Positions 54,936 to 64,000 of a DNA stretch of 64,000 nucleotides are shown piece by piece (the stretch's first letter is position 1; each line of letters opens with the position of its first letter). The notes below the pieces were generated by a model. That model was not told the origin of the DNA, searched no databases, and saw only the letters and a program-made list of their open reading frames with translations. The stretch comes from Ostreococcus lucimarinus (lineage: Eukaryota). The stretch lies in NCBI GenBank assembly GCA_000092065.1, contig CP000581.1; one strand, given 5' to 3'. The translations under genes were made by a program, and so were the position numbers.

Positions 54936-55168
54936 CGCGCTTGATGGCGAACGTGAGGGGTCTATGGTGTCTACGATCTATGTGAGTCTACGTGACGCTC
55001 GCCGTTTTAGTCGGTCACGACGAACCGCGCGCGAGAGTGGCGCGCGATTTCAGAGAGGAGCGCGCGAGCGCGGTTCGAGTCGTCATTCGTCGGGTTGATT
55101 TTCTATTAAAACACGCCGCCGAGCTAGATTGATGTTGCTACGCTATTTTGATGCAAACGTTCGCGCGC

Positions 55169-57007
55169 TCACTCCCCCTCGTCCATGTCCACGGACTGGT
55201 CCATGTCGACGGACTCGTCCACGGCGGCGCTCGCAAACGGCGTTTGACCGAATGTGGGCGTGCTGCGAAAGCTCCGCGGGGAGGGCGGCGGGAATAAACC
55301 TCCCTGCGGCGATGGCGCCTCGGGAGTCGCCGCGATAGGATCGCCGATGGGGAATGCGGTTTCAAAATCCACCTTTTCGTGCTTGGGAACCGTGATCGCG
55401 GATTGATCGATGAGCGCCAGTTCGAGGTGGTGCTGAGAAAACGCGTCGTCGGAGCGCAAACTGAGCGCCTTGTGGTAGTGTTCGATGGCCAAGCCCAACG
55501 ATACTGGTTCAGTACATCGGCTTTTGACTTGGTATGTGAACGCCAGCGCGGCGTGTGTGGACGCGTTGCGCGGTGCGACGGAAAGAGCGTATTGAAACTG
55601 CTCGATGGCTTCGTCGTGACGGCCCATCTTGCGCAACGCTTGGGCCAAGTTTACGACGAGAGACTCCCAACGATGCGTCACCGGTTTCGGTGCAAGATCC
55701 AACGCGCGCTCGAAGTTCTCGACCGCACTCACGTATTCGCCCTGGCGATAAAGCAAGACGCCGTACTCGTTGAAGAGGAGCGGGTCGGTGCTGCAAATCT
55801 CAAACGACTTGCGGAAAAATTGACTCGCCAAGCTCAGATTATTCGTGCGCTGGTACTCCATGCCGATGGACATCACGGGAATATGCGTGCCCGCGAATAA
55901 TCGCGTGGCGGTCCTGTACGCCGCCATCGCTTGGTCGCTTTCATCCTGGGCGGCGAACGCGTGCCCGTAACCGATCCACGCCTGCACGAACGAGGCGTCG
56001 ATGCTCGTCGCCTTGCTGAAATACTTTCGCGCGGCGTCGTACTGGCGAGTTGCCATGTAGTAACATCCGATCGCAAACCACGTCACGGCTTTCTTCGGGT
56101 ACTCGTCCACCAAGGAGTGCGCCAATAGATACAAATCGTTCTTCTTCCCGAGCTCGACGAGCGTGGCAAAATACAGAGGCAACCCGTTCAATCGAGACGG
56201 CTCGAGCGCAAACTGACGCTGCAACTCGGCGCAACACGCTGCAAATTCACCGCGCTGATACATGCGCCGCGCACACGCGATGCGAACATCGCCGTTGTGC
56301 TTGAGCAGTTCGAGCGCGGCGGACGTCGACGCCGTGGCGTTCGTCTCCTCGCCCGCACCCCGCGCGAGCTCGGAATCCACCTCCCGCGAGTTTCCCATCA
56401 CCACATACACATCCCTGATCCACACATCGTCCTCGTGTCCGTCCAACGAAGCGACGAAAACACGCTCCTCTTCTTCGCTCAACATGTGCGTCGCGAGCAC
56501 CGCCTCGTACGCCTCGTAACACATCGGATCGAACGACAGCGCCAACGAGTGCGCCTCGAACGCCTTCACCGTGTTCTCCAAGGCCTCATACGCCCGTCCA
56601 CGCAGCGCGCACATCGCCGCCGCGTCGCGCGCGTTCCCATCCGCCAACCGCTCGCACCGCCGCTTCTCCGTCTCGCCGGGCGCCGCCGCGCCGCCCTCGT
56701 CCTCCCCCTCCAGCGTCATCACGCACTCCTCGTACGCCTTCAGCGCGAACAAACACCGCGCTCGCAACAACCGCGCCCTCCCACCGCCGCACTCGCCGAC
56801 GCGCCGCAGCACGCCGAGCGCGCGTCGATGCTGTCCGTCGACGCGCAACAGCTCGGCGAGCGCGAGCGCATCTTTCGCGTCGTCACCGCTCAGCGACAGC
56901 GCTTTATCGGCCAGAAACACCGCGGTGGCGATCGAACCATTCGCGGCGTACGCGTCTCGCGCGTCGCGCGCGCGCCGCAGCGCGTTCTCGCCGAGCGCCG
57001 CGCTCAT
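55169..57007 (-). CDS. CDC16: Anaphase-promoting complex subunit CDC16/APC6 (TPR protein)
   Basis: Start at ATG 57007 (MSAALGENALRRARDARDAYAANGSIATAVFLADKALSLSGDD; cf. human MNLERLRKRVRQYLDQQQYQSALFWADKVASLS). The TPR region matches extensively: KAVTWFAIGCYYMATRQYDAARKYFSKATSID..AWIGYGHAFAAQDESDQAMAAY vs human PVSWFAVGCYYLMVGHKNEHARRYLSKATTLEKTYGPAWIAYGHSFAVESEHDQAMAAY. Confidence 0.8.
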   Translation of the reverse strand: MSAALGENALRRARDARDAYAANGSIATAVFLADKALSLSGDDAKDALALAELLRVDGQHRRALGVLRRVGECGGGRARLLRARCLFALKAYEECVMTLEGEDEGGAAAPGETEKRRCERLADGNARDAAAMCALRGRAYEALENTVKAFEAHSLALSFDPMCYEAYEAVLATHMLSEEEERVFVASLDGHEDDVWIRDVYVVMGNSREVDSELARGAGEETNATASTSAALELLKHNGDVRIACARRMYQRGEFAACCAELQRQFALEPSRLNGLPLYFATLVELGKKNDLYLLAHSLVDEYPKKAVTWFAIGCYYMATRQYDAARKYFSKATSIDASFVQAWIGYGHAFAAQDESDQAMAAYRTATRLFAGTHIPVMSIGMEYQRTNNLSLASQFFRKSFEICSTDPLLFNEYGVLLYRQGEYVSAVENFERALDLAPKPVTHRWESLVVNLAQALRKMGRHDEAIEQFQYALSVAPRNASTHAALAFTYQVKSRCTEPVSLGLAIEHYHKALSLRSDDAFSQHHLELALIDQSAITVPKHEKVDFETAFPIGDPIAATPEAPSPQGGLFPPPSPRSFRSTPTFGQTPFASAAVDESVDMDQSVDMDEGE

Positions 57008-57413
57008 GTCGCGTCGCCGTCTGTCGCGCATTCGAATTTTCACACTGTTTACTCGTACGAGCGCGCGAACGGTCGGTCGGACGCGAGCGCCGCGCGCGGT
57101 GTGATTTTCCTAGGGCTTTTGAGGCGCGACGCGACGGCGCGTGCCGTCTCTCACAGACGCACGGTCGCCAAGGTACGCGCGTCGCGATGGCGCGAACGCG
57201 CGCGCGCATCGCGTTTACGTCGCATCGCGCGATGTCGCGAGCGATGCGCGACGCGTGGACGACGCTGGTGACCGCGACACGCGCGCGAAAAGACGACTGA
57301 CATCGATCGCGCGCGCATCGTTACTCTCGCGCAGGGTCGACTACACAACCCTCTAGTCGTTCGAACCCGTTCGTCGACGTTGATAAACAAATCTCTATCG
57401 CAGATTTACAGCC

Positions 57414-57842
57414 ATGCTTATTCCGAAGGTGAACCGCAACGAGGTCTACAAGGCGCTCTTCTCCGAGGGTGTCATTTGGGCCAAGAAGGATTACAACTTG
57501 CCGAAGCACCCGGAGGTGGGGCAGTCGGGTGAGAACCCGATCGATGTGCCGAACTTGCAAGTGATCAAGCTCATGCAATCGTTCAAGTCTAAGGGTTTCG
57601 TCAATGAGATCTTCTCCTGGAGACATTACTACTGGTACTTGACGGATGAGGGCATCGAATACCTTCGCGAATACTTGAACTTGTCGGCGGACGTCGTGCC
57701 GAACACGTTGAAGAAGGCCGCGCGCGCGCCGACTCGCGAAGCCGAGGCCCCGCGCGGTGGTCGCGGTGGCCGCGGTGGCTTCGGCGGCGATCGCGGTGGC
57801 CGCGGTGGCTTCGGCGGCGACCGTCAAGGCTACCGCCAGTAA
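57414..57842 (+). CDS. RPS10: 40S ribosomal protein S10 (eS10) with duplicated RGG/FGG C-terminal repeat
   Basis: [34 protein letters not shown]...[22 protein letters not shown] matches eS10 (human [34 protein letters not shown]...[22 protein letters not shown]). The 3' end has an exact 33-bp tandem duplication encoding [13 protein letters not shown] x2. Confidence 0.85.
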   Translation: MLIPKVNRNEVYKALFSEGVIWAKKDYNLPKHPEVGQSGENPIDVPNLQVIKLMQSFKSKGFVNEIFSWRHYYWYLTDEGIEYLREYLNLSADVVPNTLKKAARAPTREAEAPRGGRGGRGGFGGDRGGRGGFGGDRQGYRQ

Positions 57843-58006
57843 GTCGTCGGTCGTTTCCGAAACAAACAAAAATACATTTACAATCGTGTGTCAAACGTGA
57901 TTAAACGATAGTGACGTAGATATTAGCGCGTGTTTTTATAACCAAGCGAAATCTGTGTCGTATGACGATAGAGGCGCAAATTATTCGCGGCGAAGAGCGC
58001 GTGATA

Positions 58007-59734
58007 TTACATTGGACAGTCCTTCGTGTCGTAGAGTGCGTACACGGCGGACCCGTCGAGCTTATCGTAGTTCTCGTCTAGAATCCAAGTCCCAAACTCC
58101 TCCGCCATGGTTTGTACGCCGCATTGCGTTTGTGACTCGAAGTTGAGCACCATGACTGGGTCGTGAAGCGAGCAGCGAAGGAGAAACCACCCTTGCCTGC
58201 CATCGCCCTCGTCTACGCAAACTCGCAAGCCTTCGTAGTTGTCCGGCGCCGGCTTACACTTGCCGAATAAAGAGTGAGCAGGATCATTTACGGCTGCGAG
58301 AAGGTTTTCGATGACGTTCAAACCGTACGCTTTAAAATCGGGATCGGCAATCTTAAGTCTCACTTCGGCTTCTTCAAGCGGCTCCTCGAGCGTCTCGAGG
58401 ACTTGGCCTATCGACGGCTCGTTCGCCAGACGTCTGCGTACGGCTTCGATGATAATTTTCACAGCCAAGTATGCACCATCGTCCAAGTCGTAGTTTTCCT
58501 TCATCGCACCGTGCCCACTCGTTTCAATCATCAACGGCGTCACGACGCCCGATGCGTTGAGCTCCTTCCCTTTGTTGATGACATTTTTGTATCCACGCAT
58601 GAATCGAACGTGTTTCCCACCCTTGGCGGTGATAAATTTGTGAAGGCCATCGCTCGTGACGCTGTCTGTGACGATCGTCGCGCCTGGGCTCTCTTTGAGC
58701 ACGATTTCAGACAGGAGCGCGATGAGTTTGTTGCGGTTGATTTCTTTGCCGCTCGAATCGATGACGGCGCTTCGATCGACGTCCGTGTCGAACACGATCC
58801 CGAGATCCGCTTTTGCGTTCAACACGCACTGTACACCCGCCGCCATGGCCTCCTTGTCTTCCGGATTGGGACTGTGATTCGGAAAGTTGCCATTCGGATC
58901 GAGAAACTGCGAGCCCGAGGTGTCGGCACCGAGCGCTTCGAGAACCATATCCGCAAAGAAACCGCCGCTCCCGTTCCCGGCATCGACGACAATCTTCATC
59001 CCAGTCAAAGGTTTGTCGTAATTATCCGTGAAGTTCACACCTTTTCGAATGATATCGCACAATTGCGCGGCGTAGGTCGGTAAAAACGGTGCCGAGACGA
59101 CGCCGCTCGGCGCCGTCACGCTCCCGACGCCCGCCTCGACGTACGCCGCCGCGCGCGCGCAGATATCCGTAATATCCGGTTTATCCAGACCACCCTCACT
59201 CGTGAAGAATTTCATCCCGTTTCGATTAAACGGCAAGTGCGACGCCGTAAGCATCACGCTCCCGTCGTACTTGGCGCCCTCAGTCACGCACGCCATGAAG
59301 CACGCCGGCGTCGTCGCCAGTCCCATATCAATCACCCTCGCGCCCCCCTCGACCATGCCGGCGAACATCCCATCCCTGAGCGTTTCCCCGCTCAATCGCG
59401 GATCGCGCCCGACGCCCACGGAGATGTCCTTCGCGTTTGGATTTCTCGCTCTCAACCAATCCGCGAACGCGCGTCCAATCGCGCTCGCCGTCGCCGCGTC
59501 CAGCGTGATCGCCTCCCCCTCGACGCCGTCGAGCGCGACGCCGCGAATGTCCGACCCATTTTGAAGCTTCTTGACCCGCATCGCGTCGTTCGCGCTCGCG
59601 CGCACGCGCATGGCGTTCGCACGTCCAACGCCGTCGCGTCGGGCGATCGTTCGCGCGCGCGACGTCAATCGGCGACCGCTCGCGTCGCGCGCGCGCCCGA
59701 CGATCGCTCGTTGCGCGCCAGCCGCGTGCGCCAT
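58007..59734 (-). CDS. Alpha-D-phosphohexomutase (phosphoglucomutase/phosphomannomutase family), probably organelle-targeted
   Basis: Start moved to the ATG at 59734 (MAHAAGAQRAIVGRARDASGRR..., presequence-like). KLQNGSDIRGVAL (N-terminal GxDGIRG-like), TASHLPFNRNGMKF (phosphoserine loop TASHNP-type), and the four-domain length. Confidence 0.7.
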   Translation of the reverse strand: MAHAAGAQRAIVGRARDASGRRLTSRARTIARRDGVGRANAMRVRASANDAMRVKKLQNGSDIRGVALDGVEGEAITLDAATASAIGRAFADWLRARNPNAKDISVGVGRDPRLSGETLRDGMFAGMVEGGARVIDMGLATTPACFMACVTEGAKYDGSVMLTASHLPFNRNGMKFFTSEGGLDKPDITDICARAAAYVEAGVGSVTAPSGVVSAPFLPTYAAQLCDIIRKGVNFTDNYDKPLTGMKIVVDAGNGSGGFFADMVLEALGADTSGSQFLDPNGNFPNHSPNPEDKEAMAAGVQCVLNAKADLGIVFDTDVDRSAVIDSSGKEINRNKLIALLSEIVLKESPGATIVTDSVTSDGLHKFITAKGGKHVRFMRGYKNVINKGKELNASGVVTPLMIETSGHGAMKENYDLDDGAYLAVKIIIEAVRRRLANEPSIGQVLETLEEPLEEAEVRLKIADPDFKAYGLNVIENLLAAVNDPAHSLFGKCKPAPDNYEGLRVCVDEGDGRQGWFLLRCSLHDPVMVLNFESQTQCGVQTMAEEFGTWILDENYDKLDGSAVYALYDTKDCPM

Positions 59735-59872
59735 GCGTGAACGCGCGCGAGAGGCGCGCCGCCGACGCCGCGTTGTGATGCTGACGCGGACTCGCGCGCG
59801 CGTCAAACTCTCGCGCGACAGCGCGCGACGCGCGACGCGTCGCGCGGCGAACGCGCGCGCGCAGACGACGCG

Positions 59873-60502
59873 ATGTCGTCGGCGCGCGCGCGAGGCGCGT
59901 CGAGCGTCGCGCGCGGCGCGCGCGCGACGTGCGCGGCGAAGAAGAGAGTCAAACCACCGGTCAAGCGCGGCGACGGTCGAGCGACAGAACTCGAACCGGC
60001 GTCGCTCATGGACGTCGAAGAGAATCACGCGCTCGAACAGTTTTATTACGACGACTCGACGCTTTCGAGATTGATGACGATCGCGCGGACGTTCGAGCGG
60101 CCGTTGTTCATGTGCAACCCGAGCCTCGCGAGCGCGTGGGAACGCGACGTCGGAACGGCGTGCGTTTTGCTCGACTGCGATTTGCGATTCAAGACGAAAA
60201 TCAAAGGGTTTCGCGCGTTTGATCTCAGGCGACCGTTTCAGGTGCGGTTTCCTTACGACGTGGTGTTCGTGGATCCGCCGTTTGCGAACGTGTCGCCGGC
60301 GGAGGTAAAGCGCGCGGTGGATTTAATAGCGGCGACGGAGGCGCAGAGAGCGGCGCCGTGTTACATCGCGTACAACTCCGACCGAGAAGAGGCATTACTC
60401 GAGTCGTTCGAGGACTCGATGCGCATCGGCCGCGCGTTGGGGTACAAGAGCGTGAAGGAAAACACGCAGGCGAAGATACACTTGTACGGGCCGAAAGTGT
60501 GA
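59873..60502 (+). CDS. EEF1A lysine methyltransferase 1-like (N6AMT2/Efm5 family, PF10237)
   Basis: ATG at 59873. EENHALEQFYYDDSTLSRL...YDVVFVDPPFANVSPAEV aligns with human EEF1AKMT1 (EENWQLSQFWYSQETALQL...FDIVIADPPYLSEEC). (D/N)PPF/Y catalytic motif. An alternative ATG lies at 60008. Confidence 0.6.
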   Translation: MSSARARGASSVARGARATCAAKKRVKPPVKRGDGRATELEPASLMDVEENHALEQFYYDDSTLSRLMTIARTFERPLFMCNPSLASAWERDVGTACVLLDCDLRFKTKIKGFRAFDLRRPFQVRFPYDVVFVDPPFANVSPAEVKRAVDLIAATEAQRAAPCYIAYNSDREEALLESFEDSMRIGRALGYKSVKENTQAKIHLYGPKV

Positions 60503-60633
60503 ACCAGCGACCCATTCTGTGTTGTATCGTTGTCTTAGGTTCTAGTCGTCTTGTTTAAGTCATAGTCATAGTACTTTCTACTACTGGTGGTCGTAAATGC
60601 GTCATGGTACACAACTCGATCGCGCGGCGTCAA

Positions 60634-61644
60634 CTACGTTGAGACGGAAAACGACTCTCGCACGTTTCTGTAATTGGTGGTATCGTGCAAGCCCAGCGCG
60701 GTGTCGCCGTTGTCGTCGGCGCGAACGCGCTTGCGTTCGCGTTTGGGGGTGACTTCGTGACGTTCGTCTTTCGCGCGCGCGCCGTAGAGAACGTCTTCGT
60801 CCACATCCTCTCTCGTCGGCATCATGCAACCGTCCGTGCCGCCCAACATCGCGTTCAGCGCGCGCCAGTTCCCCATATCCATGTGCAACACGAAACTCGA
60901 ACGATCGTTTCCGCTCGCCGGTGGCGTCGTGTGCGAAAGCGTCGGCGCACCGCCCGTAGCCGAAGGCACGATGCCAGCGTTACCATCCTTGACCAAAAAC
61001 GCCGCCGTGAAGACGTTTTCGACAAACTGAGGAAAGCTCTCCGGGTTGTTCGTCCCGCGCACGACATCCGTCGCTCCTCCCGGCTGCTTCTTCAACTTTT
61101 TATTCATCGCTATCATCATCTTATCCGTCTGCCGCTCCGCCGCGGTATCTCGCACCTCGTCCGGCGCCACGCTCGGACCGAGCGCCTCTCTCGCGCGTCG
61201 CTGCGTCGCCCGCCGCTCCTTAATCTCCGTGTCCATCACCCCATTCATGAACCCCGGCGCCGGCGCCTCCCTAAAAAACTTCCCCGCCCCCGTCCCGAGT
61301 CGTTCCCATCGCACCTCCTCCCCCCACCGTCGCCGCAAGCTCTGCAAAAACGCCTTCGCGCTCACCGCCGCCCCTCCCCTCGGCCCCAACCGTTTCGTCC
61401 GCTCCAACGAAAACGCCGCCAGCTGTCCGTAGTGTTCCATGTCCAGGCACATCTCCCTCGGTTTATCCACGCCCTCGTTCATCGCGTCCGCCGCGTCGAC
61501 CGCGCGCTCCAGGTCATCGCACTCTGGTTTTTGCAGTTCCTCTTGATTCACGCGCGCCGCGTCGATCGCCGTGCGCAGCTCGCGTCGCTTCTCCCGTCGC
61601 TTCCGCGCGTCATCGCGCTGACTCGCGACGTCATCGCGCGCCAT
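60634..61644 (-). CDS. Non-SMC element 4 (Nse4/EID3 kleisin of the SMC5/6 complex)-like
   Basis: Start at ATG 61644 (MARDDVASQRDDARKRREKRRELRTAID...). C-terminal SFPQFVENVFTAAFLVKDGNAGI resembles the conserved Nse4_C block (...F.LSFLVKDG...). The upstream part of the listed ORF (to 61941) is translated promoter repeat. Confidence 0.45.
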   Translation of the reverse strand: MARDDVASQRDDARKRREKRRELRTAIDAARVNQEELQKPECDDLERAVDAADAMNEGVDKPREMCLDMEHYGQLAAFSLERTKRLGPRGGAAVSAKAFLQSLRRRWGEEVRWERLGTGAGKFFREAPAPGFMNGVMDTEIKERRATQRRAREALGPSVAPDEVRDTAAERQTDKMMIAMNKKLKKQPGGATDVVRGTNNPESFPQFVENVFTAAFLVKDGNAGIVPSATGGAPTLSHTTPPASGNDRSSFVLHMDMGNWRALNAMLGGTDGCMMPTREDVDEDVLYGARAKDERHEVTPKRERKRVRADDNGDTALGLHDTTNYRNVRESFSVST

Positions 61645-61713
61645 CGTCGCCGAGCGGTCGCGCGCGCGTCTCCGCCGTCGTTCGCGTCGCGCGCGTCGTT
61701 TTGAATCTTTCGT

Positions 61714-61793
61714 CGCCCCCGTTCGGCGAAATCGCAAAATCGCCCCCGTTCGGCGAAATCGCAAATTCGCCCCCGTGTGGCGAAACGCAAATT
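61714..61793. repeat. Three tandem copies of a 27-bp unit CGCCCCCGTTCGGCGAAATCGCAAA(A/T)T in the Nse4 / RING-IBR divergent promoter
   Basis: cgcccccgttcggcgaaatcgcaaaat cgcccccgttcggcgaaatcgcaaatt cgcccccgtgtggcgaaacgcaaatt, seen directly. Reverse complement contains TTTCGCCG (E2F-like TTTSSCGC core). Confidence 0.8.
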
Positions 61794-61837
61794 CGCGACG
61801 CGACGCCGCGCGCGCGACGGCAGAGGCGCGCGCGCGC

Positions 61838-63328
61838 ATGGCGTGCGTCGTGTGCGGCGACGATCCGGACGCCGACGGCGAACCCGTGCTCTGCGAGCGC
61901 GGACACGCGCTCTGCGAAGCGTGCTTCGACGCGCACGTCAAGACGGAGAGCGAAAAGGATGTCGCGGCATTGACGACGCGCGACGGCGAGGTGCGATGCC
62001 CGATGCGCGCGGCGGCGTTCGGCGACGACGCGTGCGACGCGGGATGCTACGAGGCGCGGATGATCGCGAGACGGTGCTCGAAAGAGACGTTCAAGGCGTA
62101 CGATGAGGCGAGGAGACGGGTGAACGAGGCGAAAATCGTGGACGAGACGGAGCGGCGCGTGGCGGCGGAGCGAGCGAGGATGCGAGAGAGCGCGGGGGCG
62201 GATGAGAAGTTGAGAGTGACTCGGGAGCACGTGATTGAGAAGATATTCACGACGTGCTGTCCGAGGTGCTCGCAGGCGTTCGTGGATTTCACGGGGTGTT
62301 TCGCGTTGTCGTGTTCGAGGTGTCGAGCGGGGATTTGCGCGTATTGCTTGGCGGATTGCGGGAAGGACGCGCACGCGCACATCGGATCGTGCGCGCAGGC
62401 GAAGGCGATGTCGGCGTGGAATTCGAGGCAAAAGAAGAATAAGGCGAATTTGGCGGCGACGAATCGCGGGCATCCCGCGGGGACGTACGGGTCGACGGGG
62501 ATGTTTGAAGAGGCGCAACGCAGGCGAAGGTTGGAGATGTTCGCGCTGTACTCCGAACACTGGGATGACGCGTTTTTACAGAGCGTGCTCGAGTCTTTGA
62601 TTCGCGAGATGAAAGACTTGAATATTTCGAAAGAAGATATCACGCGCGCGCGCAGCGCGAGGCTCAAGGTGAACAAGGCGCCACCAGCTCCCAAGCCCGC
62701 GCCAGGGCGCGCCCGCCAGGGCAGGCGTGCTGGCGTTGGCGCCTTTGCCGAGCGTTTGCTCGAGGGTGCGGGAGAGCCTTTTCCTCTTCCGGAACAGTGG
62801 GGTATCGTGTTTCCCGAAGTGCGACGGCGCGGCGCTCGTCGGGCCGTCAGAGGGCCTCCGAACGCCTTAGAGTGGGCACTCCAGCTGAGAGATCCGGTGG
62901 AAGACCAGGGGCGCTTGCAGGCGGAGCTGCGCGTTCGTAGAGCGGAAGAGGAGGCGCAACGTGAGCGCGAGAGACAGCGTCAAGCTCGAGAGAAGCTCGC
63001 GAAGAAAGCTGAGGCAGAGATACGCAAAAAAGCCGAAGCGTGGCGCATAAAAGGCGATGCAAAGACGAAGGCGGACAAAATGCTCGAGCAAAGGAATTTA
63101 GAACTCGCAATTAGCGCTTCGATGCGTACCGCGGCGGATGAGCGACGACGCGGCGCGCGAAGACCGGTACCTCTACCTGACGTCGCGGGACCTTCGCGCC
63201 CAGCGCCAGAGGTCGTCAGGATAGACGAATCTCCGCCAGAACGTCTCGCCGCAAGGCGAAACAAGCGTGCGAAAGCAAGCAAATCACAAGACACCGCAAG
63301 CAAAGACTCTGTGATTGACCTCACGTAA
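61838..63328 (+). CDS. RING/IBR-type zinc-finger protein (possible RBR-like E3 ligase) with basic coiled-coil C-terminus
   Basis: ATG at 61838 (MACVVCGDDPDADGEPVLCERGHALCEACFDAH, RING-like C3HC3). Later CCPRCSQAFVDFTGCFALSCSRCRAGICAYCLADCGKDAHAHIGSC (IBR/RING2-like Cys cluster). C-terminal Lys/Arg/Glu-rich coiled coil. Confidence 0.4.
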   Translation: MACVVCGDDPDADGEPVLCERGHALCEACFDAHVKTESEKDVAALTTRDGEVRCPMRAAAFGDDACDAGCYEARMIARRCSKETFKAYDEARRRVNEAKIVDETERRVAAERARMRESAGADEKLRVTREHVIEKIFTTCCPRCSQAFVDFTGCFALSCSRCRAGICAYCLADCGKDAHAHIGSCAQAKAMSAWNSRQKKNKANLAATNRGHPAGTYGSTGMFEEAQRRRRLEMFALYSEHWDDAFLQSVLESLIREMKDLNISKEDITRARSARLKVNKAPPAPKPAPGRARQGRRAGVGAFAERLLEGAGEPFPLPEQWGIVFPEVRRRGARRAVRGPPNALEWALQLRDPVEDQGRLQAELRVRRAEEEAQRERERQRQAREKLAKKAEAEIRKKAEAWRIKGDAKTKADKMLEQRNLELAISASMRTAADERRRGARRPVPLPDVAGPSRPAPEVVRIDESPPERLAARRNKRAKASKSQDTASKDSVIDLT

Positions 63329-63802
63329 ACTGTAGTATATATAGGAAATGCACGCGATGTAGTATCACTTTCGAGAAACGACGACTAGCGCCCAAAATAA
63401 GTCTCTTCGTCTCCCACGCCAGCGGGTAGCACCTTCACAACGTGCGGTGTCCCGCACGACCGCACGCGCACTAAGAGTGCCACGGGTAGAACGCACGAGG
63501 GTATTGTCGTGGACGTTTCGAGCTCGACACATGCAAAACTTCGCGCGCCTAAGAACCGACGCAGCACCAGAGACGACGGCGGCTCAGCAATTGGCGCATT
63601 CTACCGATCACTCGCTTTGTCGCGCTCTGAACGCGCTGAGCGAAGTGCTCCCACCGCTAGGTATTGCCATGAAAGGTTTGGTGCACTACGTTACGCGGAT
63701 CGATTACGACGCAGCGCTGGAAACGACGCTTGAATTGTATTACGGCGACATAATCTAAGACATAATCTAAAACGCGGCTCGCGCTTGTGAAATTACTCCC
63801 TT

Positions 63803-64000
63803 TACTCTTTCTTATTGTTCTGCCCGAAATTCTCAGGCGTCACGGTGGTTCTAGACTTTGTAAACAAGGTCTTAATGATCGCCGTTAACCAAATGACGTT
63901 CATCAACTGCAACGCCGCGCTCGCAAACGTGTACCATATGTATAACCAAAGCGGACTCGCTTTGCCCGCCTTGAACATCGAGTACGCGTCGCTGAAGTAC
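63803..64000 (-). CDS. Hypothetical multi-pass membrane protein, 3' end only (gene continues beyond the window)
   Basis: Minus-strand frame open to the window edge. It ends ...SDAYSMFKAGKASPLWLYIWYTFASAALQLMNVIWLTAIIKTLFTKSRTTVTPENFGQNNKKE*, stop at 63803..63805. The hydrophobic C-terminus is weakly TLC/Lag1-like. Confidence 0.3.

Noticed and set aside
1-64000. Bacterial-type features (operons, RBS, CRISPR arrays, IS elements)
   Set aside because: The gene content (ribosomal eS10, APC/C, THO, 9-1-1, SMC5/6, plastid-targeted proteins), spliceosomal introns and SECIS-type Sec decoding are eukaryotic. No direct-repeat/spacer architecture or transposase ORFs were seen.

Overview
GC-rich (~65%) eukaryotic nuclear DNA, very gene-dense (about one gene per 2 kb, both strands, short intergenic spacers, few spliceosomal introns). 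There are no prokaryotic operon features, no CRISPR, and no rRNA or tRNA that I can support. The gene content points to a photosynthetic green-lineage picoeukaryote with a compact genome (Mamiellales-like is an inference only). Supporting content includes plastid-targeted CtpA, cpSRP54 and ATP synthase b', a plant-type HD2/nucleoplasmin histone-deacetylase-like protein, an AXR1/NAE1 homolog and a front-end desaturase. I can support about 33 protein-coding genes. Many long Arg-rich 'ORFs' in the six-frame track are antisense or out-of-frame artefacts of the high GC content; these are listed under noticed_but_rejected.

Key points:
- A PDI-like thioredoxin-fold selenoprotein (917..1585). The ORF track splits it at an in-frame TGA that sits exactly on the first Cys of the W-C-G-H-C-K motif. 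A textbook type-II SECIS hairpin lies 70 nt past the stop.
- Two genes need spliced models. MSH2 has its first exon (18405..18602) hidden inside a junk antisense ORF. Chloroplast ATP synthase b' is split by a 243-nt GT..AG intron.
- A Na/K-type P-type ATPase with a roughly 150-aa Cys-rich insertion in the M7-M8 ectoloop.
- A secreted lamin-tail-domain protein followed by a 14-bp minisatellite.
- Recurrent GATCGATC-type palindromes and tandem repeats in divergent promoters.
- A 45-bp head-to-head spacing between NAE1 and CtpA.

Listed ORF starts may be GTG/TTG (the track uses alternative starts). Where I moved a start to an ATG, I say so in the evidence.
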